Shown here in pieces: positions 51,330 through 62,587 of a stretch of DNA of 62,587 bases. Under the pieces are notes generated by a model, which ran no database searches, was not told the DNA's origin, and saw only the letters and a list, made by a program, of their open reading frames with translations. Location of the stretch: contig JAUCBJ010002408.1 in NCBI GenBank assembly GCA_032718475.1, positions 1 through 62,587 of the forward strand, written 5' to 3'. The position numbers were made by a program, and so were the translations under genes. This DNA comes from Nemertoderma westbladi (lineage: Eukaryota > Animalia > Xenacoelomorpha). The stretch's first letter is position 1. Each line of letters begins with the position of its first letter.

Positions 51330-54300
51330 TTCCAACTACAGAGCGAAAGTCGAGCGAAACTAGCCATCATTGTATAATTCGCCGATTACTATAAAGCGGA
51401 AGTAAAAACTGCAATAGATGACTTCACTACCAATAAGGCAAGAGGACCCGATCGTAAGTTTTATGAACACCTAAAACATGCTGCACCGCTAATAATTGTA
51501 ATATTAACAGTTCTCTTCAACACATGTTTGAACATCAGTAAACTACCACAGATATGGAAGTTACGTATTTGTCGACACGCCGACTTTAGGGAGTGATTCA
51601 TCAAAGCGAGTTGTGTATCCTTGAAGAAGGTCGCTAAGACAGAAATCGATTGGACGTTAAAGTCATAACTTTTTCATAGTTTATGGGAGGTGGACCCCAG
51701 GACCCATCATTAAACAGACAATCAATTAGGGAGGCGATTCGTAAACTTTGAACTCTTCTGTAAGGTGTTTTTTGTAGGTTTAATGACCTTACATTATGCG
51801 GTATTTTATTATGAACATTTATTGGTGCTTAAATTAATATACATTTTATACTTCCTAGGCCTCAAATTATTAGAAAAGTACAGTAATTTGTTAACAATCT
51901 TTTGGGCGCTTTTTTCAATAGTTTATTTTTCTCCATACTTTATTTTCCTCTGTATATTTTTCATTATTTTTATTACATTTTGTAGACTGTATGAAATTGC
52001 CTACCGAACACTATGCTTTCCAACTACTGAATACAGAAACTGGGATTAAACAGTTTTAGCGCTATTTCTAACCGCACATTTAGTTCCTTTATAGAATTAG
52101 TTTATTCGCATATTATAATGACCACTACAATTTCTAACTACGCGTAGTCTTAGGCCCAAAATTAATTCAGTACAGTACTCCAGTAGACAGTAGTGCCTAT
52201 TCCTCTACCGGTACCTCTTTTAGTACATAGGCCTGCAGTTGTAGTGTATTTTGTATTTTATACATTATCTCGTGTATCCCTGAAGAAGGCCGCTAACGAT
52301 CGGACGTTAAAGTCATAACTTTTTAATAGTTTATGGGTGGTAGAATTAGTACTGTAGTATTAACAGCGAGTTGTTATTTATCACTTTACAACTTCAGAGG
52401 ACATTACAGTATTGTATTGGCATGTACGTACATTTAGTATTATATTGGTGTTGTAATGTCCCTTTGATTATTTGGTAACCAATGTCGGCGAGCTGTAAGG
52501 TTACGGTGTCATTGGTTACCATGTAAACAATAGGTGGTATTTAATATTAATTGCCTGACAGCAAGATAGGCCTGCTGCATTACCTACCAGTAGCTATTAA
52601 TAATCAGTAGCGATAAACTATTAACATGGCTCCAAACGCCACCATAAATATAAGCTAACTTTTTATAACATAATTTAGGTCATTTTTATATTTATTTTAT
52701 ACAGCAACTAATTTAATTTGTGCAGTTTCTATCGCTTATAATGAATGGGAGAATCTTTTAGGCTCGTTAAGCCAAGGAATGCCTGTTCACCACCATGGGT
52801 GATCTTCCACAGTAAACCCTTCCACTTTCACTTATAATATATATACAATCATTTCATAATGTTACAATTTTAGAATAAAACTACATCAATACTTGTTACA
52901 AAGTACTTTACAGTGTTCTGATCCTCGGTGCTTTATTTTCACTCACTCACTACGTTCGTTCGTGTAACAAAGCTACTCGGATCATCACACTATAAACTTT
53001 ACTCACAAGTATGTAAATAGTTATTATTCTAAAATAGTAACATTACTCAACGCCGTTAGTATTAACAGCGAGTTGTTATTTAGCACGTTACAACTTTAAA
53101 GGACAATACAGCATTGTATTGGCCTGTACATTTAGTATTGTAGTGGGTGTTGTAATGTACCTTGTTTATGTGGTAACCAATGACGGCGAGCTGTAAATTT
53201 ACGGCGTTATTGGTTACCACGTTAACAATAGGTAAGAAATTTGTCTAACAGCCAGAGATAGGCCTACTGAAATACCTACCGGTAGGCGGGATATAACTAT
53301 TAATAAGCAGTAGGTAGGGCCTAGCTATATTATTATAACATGGCTCTAAAACGCCACCATAAATATAAGCTAACTTATTTATAACATAATTTATGTCATT
53401 TTTACATTTATTTATACAGCAACTAATTTAATTTATGCAGTTTCTATCACTTATTATATATTATAAGTGATAGAAACTGCATAAATTAAATCATTTCGTA
53501 ATGTTACAATTTTGGAATAAAACTACATACATATTTGTTGCAATAACTATTTACATACTTGTGTGTAAAGTAGCACTTTACAGTGTGATGATCCGAGTGG
53601 CTTTGTTACACGAACGAACGTTAGTGAGTTAGTGAAAATAAAGTTAAGTGAAGTGAAGTACTTTACAGTGTTCTGATCCTCGTGCCTTTATTTTCACTCA
53701 CTCACTAACGTTCGTTCGTGTAACAAAGCCACTCGGATCATAATACTGTAAAGTGCTACTTTACACACAAGTATGTAAACAATATAAACAAACGAGTTCG
53801 GTTATGTCTCCTAAGCACCAATGGGATTCCAGCCGACAAATCTGGTTTATCTATTTGGAAAGTCTACTGCTGGTGCATTACGTAAGCTGCTAGCGGACAT
53901 ATAAGTGGCTTTAAATAGTTCAACCAAGCGAGACAGGTTAATGTACGTTGCCTTTCTCGATATGGTAATACGGTCGAGACTACCACGAGACTACGAGATG
54001 ACATCATGAAAAACCTTCACAACAATAGGGTTAAAATATTCGATGGCCTGCGTTTATCCAGTTCAATCACTTAACTGCGAGGAATATTACAGGGAGACAT
54101 ATTTTCACCTACGTCCTTCAACATCTTCATTGCGGACCTAGCGTCAGCTTTTAACCGCGCTATCGCCCTCCTTAAATATATTTTCTAAGCTGATGATCTC
54201 GCGTTCTAACCATGAAATTAAATGTGGTCTGAACGTCCTCCAAACTTGGTTTAAAGATAACGGAATGGAAGTTAATATGGTAAAAACAAAAGTAGTTAAG

Positions 54301-55060
54301 TTTAGAAATAACCGGCGTCTCGCTCAAAATGACACTTTCACACAAACCCGTTACCATTTCTAATGAGTATGAATACCTCGGTGACACCTTACAAACATCG
54401 CTGTGCTTCACCAACCATATAAAATCCAAAAGAAGAAAATGTTATGGTGCAATCGCGGCTCCCTTTATCACCTACATCTGATCTCAACTGAAACTGGTTT
54501 ACTTGTTTTTTATTCGAAAGTTGCCCCAATTATAACGTATTCTCTTGCAGAACTTGGCCCTTTCCTAAACTTAACGCACCTTAAAGACATCGACAAAGTA
54601 AAGTCCACCTTTATTAAACGCATGTTAGGCCTTCTTATAACTGCTTCATCTACTCTAGCATTTTAAACACGTTAAGGTAAATACATTTATTAACAATATA
54701 GTGGATAAATCCCCAACAGTTATCACCCAGCGCATGATGGACCAATATAAACTGTTCCGCGGCGACCGCGAGAACAACTTAGTCGAGGAAGGTTACACCG
54801 CGGGGTCAGCGTTCTCAAATTCAACATGAAAACGCCCGGGGTAATCGCTATATTACCACCCGGTTAACGGCCCACGGGTACCACCATAAACTCTGTAAAA
54901 TAAACAGCAGGTCCAACCGCTTTCACGTTCTTATCTGCCCAAACCGCCCATCTCTACAGGAACTATTGGCCTCTTAGGTTTTTATTATCTTTTTAAATAA
55001 ATATTAGTTTACAGTAACCTGTGTGACACTCACCCGTTTGCCCCGACTGGGGGCGTATAT
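51330..55060 (+). mobile_element. Degenerate non-LTR RT remnants (51330-51560 and about 53790-55060) split by other repeats
   Basis: KARGPD, LFNTCL..LPQIWK; QGDIFSPTSFNIFIADL and YLG-like fragments with stops and frameshifts. Confidence 0.6.
52350..53780. repeat. Rearranged cluster of a dispersed repeat in direct and inverted copies
   Basis: About 52350-52745 is duplicated at about 53055-53455; about 52840-53040 recurs inverted at about 53490-53645 and direct at about 53657-53780; related copy at about 10785-10890. Confidence 0.8.
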
Positions 55061-56429
55061 ATATTATTAATATATTATTTAGATAAACTACAAGTCAACC
55101 ACATGTTTTAGTATCAAATGTAATACAAGGGTTGACTTGGCGTAAGTCTCAATTAATATCACTTCTCGGTGAATTAATAATGTTTATTTATCAATCAAGG
55201 GAAAGAAACAGCTTACTGTAGATAATTATACTACAATTTCGTATTCATTTGGCTTTTTTGTTTTATTTTTGATATTCTAACCATAATAATAAGCGAGAAT
55301 CAATACAGTCAAATTGTTATTGTAATCAGCTGTTATTTGGGGCTCAATCACCCCACTAGTGTTGTCGACATGCACAGAACTAAGATAGTCAGACAAAAAT
55401 GAAAATGTATAAGTTGGTGCCTCTGCGGACCTTTTCGTGGCACAAAGCGAAAGCGGGGGCAATAACAAGATAAAATATTGAATTGTATTACATCCCCCAC
55501 TACCGCAATTACACCAAGGCAATCACCAATAATCAGAAACGTGATTGGCGCTTGTTTGCGGTGCTGCTTCCCAGTAGGGTGTTACTAGTTAGTAGTAGTT
55601 AGTGAGGTAGTCAGTAGTACTCCCAGTAAGTAATTCACTACACCTAGTTTCATAGTGCATGTTTATTCTCCCTCTGGAACTACCGATCTCAACTGATCAA
55701 TGATTTCAGCATGCATCTAATATTGTAAAGTTGCCTTTTTTTTAGTTTGTGTTGTTTTTACATTCCCGCCAAGTATGTACTTCTTGCTTGCTTCAACAGA
55801 TAAAAAAAATAAAATTTAAATAATAATTACTTTTTGTGCTGTACACTGAGAGATATATGTGTTAATAATAATTTATGTTGGTGCTGAATCATTCAGGTAC
55901 ATTGACTCACGCACATTATTCTTGGTTCTCATGAAAATATCGTATAATTAGTTTTTATTTCAATCTATTATTTATTGTGTAATTTATTGCAGTATTAAGA
56001 ATGCTCCCCTCAATGAATTGAATGACAGCCGTTTTAGGGTACCGTTAATAGGTTTCTGCTGGTGAAACTCTTATAGGTTGATGAGCTAGTTTAGCGCAAT
56101 GATACACGCCATACGGTAGGTACGGTGCATCTATTACTACATGTAGTTGTGCCGCATGCGAGGGAATTTCATTATACTCACGTGTCTCGTTACTTTCTGA
56201 ATTCATTCAAAGTTTTTAATTTAGTCACATTAGGTTTCCATTTTTCTAGAACGTTTAGCAATAGTTATTTCTATCTATCTATAATCGGCAGGCTGCTGCA
56301 TGGGATTGCTATGCCGGCTAAAAACGCCGCCACAAAACGCATCTTGACTTCCTCGAGATTATCCGCATCTTCAAGGCCAGTGCCCTTTAAGATGCGCCTC
56401 AAAGAACTTAAGTGCTGCCAACCATTTCT

Positions 56430-57150
56430 ATGCACTTACGGCGAAAGCAATGTACTGCGATGCGGAGGCGGCTTTGTTCATGTGTCAAGCTTGGGGGGAC
56501 CAATGAGACACCTCCAATGTTAGATAGTGTCTGGTTGGAGGATGTGTTCATTGTCTTTGACACTGTGAACCCGACGTAGCATTCTTGTGAATGTGCCTTC
56601 CAGAGAGCTTGTGTCCTCGGCAGTTGGAGCCCAGCATGGACTCCCATAGAGGAGTACTGGAACTACTGCTGCTCTAAATAATCGGACCTTAAGTTTCCGA
56701 TTAATTCTCAGTGACTTCCAAATCATGGAAAGGCTGCCCATGCCTTTCCCTTACGTATTCGTTAGGTCCTAGAATGTTAATGAGATCCTTATTCCTCTAA
56801 TTTATCTTCCAAAACATACCCAATATTTGTTATCATTCAGTTATGATAATAACTGAATGCCAAAACACAGGATTATGCACTGGCTTGTCCTCACGGCGAA
56901 AGCAATGACCTGCAAAGCGGAGGCGACTATGTTCTAGTGTCAAGCTTGGGGGAACCAATGATACACCTCCCATGTTATATAGTGCCTGGTTGGAGATGTG
57001 TGCATTGTACTTGACACAATGAACCCGGCGTAGCATTCTTGTGAATGTGCCATCCAGAGATGTGGTGTCCTGAGCAGTTAGAGCCCAGCATGGACTCCCA
57101 TAGAGGAGAACTGGAACTACTGCTGCTCAAAATAATTGTACCTTAAGATT
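56430..57150 (-). mobile_element. Two tandem RTE-like LINE 3' fragments (related piece at about 43860-44030)
   Basis: KVRLFRAAVVPVLLYGS, FTRMLRRV, RLRFAGHCFRR. Confidence 0.8.
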
Positions 57151-57789
57151 CCAAATATCTATATTATATGAGACTTATAAATACTGGACAGTGGACAGAC
57201 AGCCCATTAAAGCTGCACATGCATCGTCTTATGTATTTTGAAGGCTTTCCCATGATCCCATGTTGCAGAAATCATCCACATGCTCAAGCACGCCATCTTC
57301 AGAGCTTATGCTCATACGATGAGACATTTCCAGAGGACTGTCGAAAATATCTCTTAAAATTGTTGTCTTCTTGGAGTTAACAAAACGATCATCACGAGAA
57401 GCAGCCTTTTTTCTAATGGGCTGCTGAACCATTGGGTTCCCTAATTCTGAGAGTTCTCCTACGTCATTAGCAAAGTCTAGATCAGTTAGGTACTTGGCTG
57501 GATTTCCTCGACTTAGTCGGTAGTGGGTGTTACCATCACAACGTCATCATTATGGTTGTCTAAGGACATGCGTAGAACATAGTCAACCATAATTATGAAT
57601 AATAATGGTGCAAGTAGGCCACCCTGGAGGACTCCCCATGATACTTCGAATTAATTTGTGTCACCATCAATGGTAGACGCAAATATCGTCGAACCATCGA
57701 CGATTCCCGCAACAATTTCCTCAGGAATCCCCTATAATGCAAGTAATAAATTGCATGAAATTTGAAACGGTGTTAGTTTCACCTACCTC

Positions 57790-58432
57790 ATCCTTAGTGG
57801 GTGAGCCAGAATTTATATTTTCGCTTTCAATGTTTAGCTACAAAAAATTGAAAAAAGAATCTCCAGCGATATTGCACCAGTCGTTCTTCCACAGTCAGTC
57901 ATTCAGTTCGTTCCAGCAGTTATCCTTAAATTTTATCGTATTTTGTTAGAAAGCTGGCAGTGCAAGGATTCCAAAAATGTAAAAATATTTGAATTTGATT
58001 GGGAAATAGCTGATATTTGGCCATATTATTGCATGTATTTGCTTCCCCTGCAGGCCATTTATTCTATTTAATAAATACACATTCTGGAACATTTTGTTTA
58101 TCTCATAATTGCTTGGCAACATACATTAATATTCATACCTAAAGAAAATATTCTAGAGCATTAAAGATAATAAATGGCCAGCAGCGGAAGCAATGACATG
58201 CAACATTCGAATGCCCATATCTCAGCTATTTCCCAACCAAATACAAATATTTGTACATAATTTGGAAATTTTCTATTGCAAATTACTATAAAATTTAAGA
58301 ATAAATGCAGTACAACTGGTGCAATATCGATGGAGACACTGTTTTCAAACGCTTGTAGCTAAAGATTGATAGCAAAAATAAAAAATCTTGCACACCCACT
58401 TCCACACCCGAGTATTCTGGGACATGGTGTAT
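57790..58432. mobile_element. Diverged palindromic MITE related to the 44393-45566 family
   Basis: Shared GAAAGCT..GTGCAAGGATTCCAAA and GCAGGCCATTTATTCTATTTAATAAATACAC; ends CATGGTG|TA. Another fragment at about 61410-61570. Confidence 0.65.
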
Positions 58433-61400
58433 TAGTTTTCATTTCTTGCAGGATTCATTTAGTTCTGTACATGTCTATTAGGATGGGGTGAATGAGCACC
58501 AAACATTTAGGCATTTTAAAAACCTCAACGGGGGACACTATCTACTTTACTGGCACGATCATCTGGTGATTCAGCCTTAACCTTGGTGGTTGGTTGGCTT
58601 TTCAGCCCAGTAAGCAAGTTGATCGATTTCCATGCCTGGGATGATTGCCTGCTGTCTGTTGTCGTCGGCATCATTGATGGCATCAACCTGTTGGTTTATT
58701 AGCTCCTGTAGATTAACAGAGTAATGCCTGTTCAGGGACCTAGATGCAGCCTTAACTGCATTCTTGGCCGCTGTACTGTAGTACCGGTACTCATTCTACG
58801 CATTGTGTGCCTCTCGGCACTTCCTCAGTACGTCTGTGAAGGCAGTATGGCCATCGCAGTCATCTGCTGCCCCTGATGCAAGGGGTCCATATCTGTTGCT
58901 CAGCTCCAGTGAGTTTGAGAAAATACATTAGAAAACTGCTTGAGGATTGAAATCTCTATTAAATTCCGCACATGATAGGATTAAAATTGTTTTTACAATT
59001 TCCAAAATAGGGCAGTGCTACCCCCCCTCCCCCCCCCCCCTTTAAGTTCTCTTCTTAAGGTTGATACCATTCGAATCCGAAGTCCATTCGAGATATCCCT
59101 TACTACTCCAGTCCCTGGCCTTAGACCGGGTAGGAATTTTGGGGTGGACGGGATTGCTCACCGAATCCCAGTAGGACATACATATATGAGTGTAAAAATC
59201 CTTGGGTAGACTTTCTGCTCCCTGAGCATAAGTTTTTTATAGCCATTTGTTTTGTGTGTCCGTGAGTTGTTCACAATCTCAAGAATTTGTGGTGATTTGA
59301 GTATTTACTACGTCAGTTTCCACGGCAACTACAGTATTATACATATTTTATACTAATTTACTGTATAGATTGTGGTGAAAGTGGTAAAGATTACCAGGGT
59401 ATTTTTGCGTTATACGCCATATATAGCTGTTTTTATTACATTGTTAAAAGACACAATTATTTCATGTAATAATGTTAACTGTACTTCTTTTCTATCCTGT
59501 GGGCGACGATTACTTGTTTCAGCAAGAAGTGCAATACTAAGCGATGATGCAGATGCCGGAAAGATATCGTTTCTTGCACATGATTTTGCAAATGCAATTT
59601 TGAAATTGAGTGCGAGAATATTCCATAATTACAACATTTAGTTCAAAGCATTTAATTAACATTATATAACATTTAATAATAAATTAACTCAGTGTTCATA
59701 CCAATATCACTATTTTACTGTGCCCTCTTTTCTTTATAGCTCGCTTCGATCGGTTTATGGTTAATTGGATTCATCGTAAAACCGTTATACTTGGTTAATT
59801 CTGGTAACAAAAGCTAAATAATAATATCATTTTTGTTGTTTTTTTGTTTGTGTCTTGATTTGGAAAAATGATGAGAACACAGATGATTATTTGCATTTTT
59901 ATGACGTCATAAAATGACGTAAGGGCGTAAGACGTATGACTTAAGGCCAGGGACTGGATTATACAAGAGATGAGAAATCATGGAGATGGATTGAATTCGA
60001 TTGACACTATAGTTGTATACCATTGTCGATGTTGTAGATTGATATATATATATGTGCAAAATGAAATAATTTTTAATCATCGAGGGAAACTAGTTTTTCC
60101 CAACCCCAGAATAGAGTAGCGATTGGAAATCGTAACAACGGGTACCGGAAGTGCGAAAACTACTTTTTCTAAGTTGGATTACTTTATTTTAATCTTAATT
60201 TATTAAATTTTCCGTCATACAGGGTCATTGTATGAATATGACCTGCTTACATCAGGATTACAATGTATGGCAGATTTTTGTAATGATATTGTTAGATTAA
60301 ATATTATATTTCAATTAACTATTTATTTGATTATTCACGGACGTTAAGTAAAAATTTTTACCTCAGTAGTAATGTAAAATGCAACTAACCTAGACGTTAT
60401 TGCATGCAATCAGTTGACGGCAGTCTGCGTATCGGTAAATCTCACCCCGCTTCAGAAGGCATTATCAAGAGGCTAAGCCAGGAAATGTCACTAGAGAGAA
60501 ACTCAAAGGGAGAGTGAAATGGAGCTATAACCGCACGATATAGTGACTGTAACCACTGGGAAGCAGCACCAAAAACTTGCTCCAATCATATTTCTGCTTG
60601 TTTATGACTGTCTTGCTTGTGCGTATACAATATTTTTGCATAGCAGAAATATTTTAGTTGAGCCACCATAGCATCTCAATATGCAGCTTCAATGCGGCAG
60701 GCCGATTATAGTAGTAGTCTAAGCTGTATTAACCTTCATAATTGTTCTATAAAACTTTATTTACCTGTTTGTGTCATCGAATACTTACACTGTATCTCCT
60801 TTAACCCTGCCTGAGGGTGTACATATATATATATATTATAAAACATTTCAGGCTTTTGGAAAACAAGCCGTCCACCTAGAATGGTATTGCATAACTAATG
60901 ATGCTCGATTTTTTCATTAACGAGGTAGATTAATTAAATAAATACGCAAGTGATTAATTAATGTTCCCTCAAGCTTTTACCATAAATAAATATTTATAGT
61001 TATATTTATTTATTTATTTTATATAATTTATATTTATAGTACAAGTTAAGAAATCATGTCTTCTTTTCTGTTTAGACACTTCTTAATGCAGCGGGTATAT
61101 ATAATATATATATATTAGATACATCGAAATATATTTGTAAGTTGCATTTTCTCAATTTCTGGGTCTCCTAGAATCACACTTCTGAAGGTTCGGTTATGGC
61201 AGCAGTAACTATGGTTACTGGTAAGAGTAAACTGCGAAATTCCTGGAATATATAAAATCCATAATCCCCAATTTATTTAATATTCTAGAATATTACAACA
61301 CTTTCACTTTAGCTATTTCACAATGGAATAAGATGCTATGGACGACATTATTTATGTTTTTAAAAAATACTAAATACAACCTTAAAACGAATTGTAGATC

Positions 61401-62587
61401 ATGTTATGTTAGAAAGCTGTCCGTGCAAGGATTCCAAATATCTAACACATCTGAATTTCGTCCTAAAATAACTGAGGTATAAAAGCGTTAAAACGTTGCA
61501 TGGTTTTGCATCTGCGCGAGGCTATTTTATTCTAATTAATAAATACAATAAATATATTCTGGAACACATTGCAACATGTACGAACAGCAATCTACATAAT
61601 TATGTTGTATGGAAATAACTGAGAAATTGAAATATCAGGCCAGCAGTAAGAAAAGGTGTCGATATATCATCATACCAAATTTTATAGCATTTTATTGAAA
61701 TGACTTGCTAAAAATGGTTGTTGTATTAAGGGTGATGGTGTATCCATTTAATTAAAATTTTATTGCAAAGATTAAATTATTATTAAAAGTATTTAATATT
61801 TGCCCAGCTACGCTCACTGACACTGTATTCCTGGTGATTGTGTAGCGAGTATTAGTAGACTGGCAGTTGGCGTCGTAACAATAAATGAGGTTCAAAGGCA
61901 AGTGGCCTTACGTCTTAAGATTATTCAATCTTAATGGATGTGTTTAATTTATGTGTTTATGTGTTGTTCTCTATATCCTGGCAGGATATTAAACAATTTT
62001 ATATAATTTTGTATAATTTTATATGGTAAGGAGACTTCCGTCATAGGGCATGAGAATATTGAAAGTCCCTTACCCGATTCCTGAGTGCTCCTCTAGTAGA
62101 ATATATACCTCCCTTCCCACTAGACCTCTGTTTTCGTTCAGGAAACCTGCTGTCGGACAATTCGTACCAGTCGTGGATATGTAGTAGATATGTAGTAGTA
62201 AAGTACGGAATAAGTATGTTTGGTTTGACTTACTATGTATATTGGATACCTACTAGTTCAATAACTACTATTCTCACTAGTAGGAGTTATTGCACGTACT
62301 TTGCGAATAACGTATACACCAATAATACACAGTAATATAACTGTAGAAAGTAATATAAAGAGAAGAGGTGACATTTAATGTATAAGTTGTCACATTAATT
62401 ACACAGAAATATTGCTAATAACTACTAAACATCTGGCCGGACTAATATTATCACTTCAACTAAGGCCCTGCATGTACACTTTCAAAACGCCAGTTACTCA
62501 TCTCGGCTGTGAGTTGTTGCGAATTCACAGCCAAGTCCCCTTTGTTCCAAACCTTGCTCTAATCCAACTGTTTTGCCACTGCCAAAT

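Noticed and set aside
59400-62587. Further host gene or RFX upstream exon at the right end
   Set aside because: No convincing ORF, splice pattern or recognisable motif.

Overview
AT-rich, intron-rich eukaryotic (invertebrate animal-like) DNA. It contains one host gene, an RFX1/2/3-class (daf-19/dRfx-like) winged-helix transcription factor on the minus strand. I traced it by hand through 13 in-phase coding exons from ATG 35576 to TAA 2420 (about 971 aa), with a likely 5' UTR exon and promoter near 37.2-37.6 kb. The main finding is that the exon encoding most of the RFX DNA-binding domain is present twice (22039-21858 and 21202-21021). Both copies are 182 nt, phase 0->2, intact and 48/61 aa identical, so they look like mutually exclusive alternative DBD exons. 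An optional 183-nt cassette exon upstream re-creates the ASPAT junction. Starting 17 nt past the donor of the second DBD exon is a ~3.2 kb array of about 140 copies of a 23-mer carrying UACUAAC (branch-point / Quaking-STAR motif) on the sense strand, a candidate splicing switch. Several X-box-like sites in the gene suggest autoregulation. The rest is transposon debris and tandem arrays: RTE-like and other LINEs, a decayed Gypsy element, SINEs, and Tc1, hAT and foldback MITEs. All calls come from reading the sequence; no database search or expression data were available.
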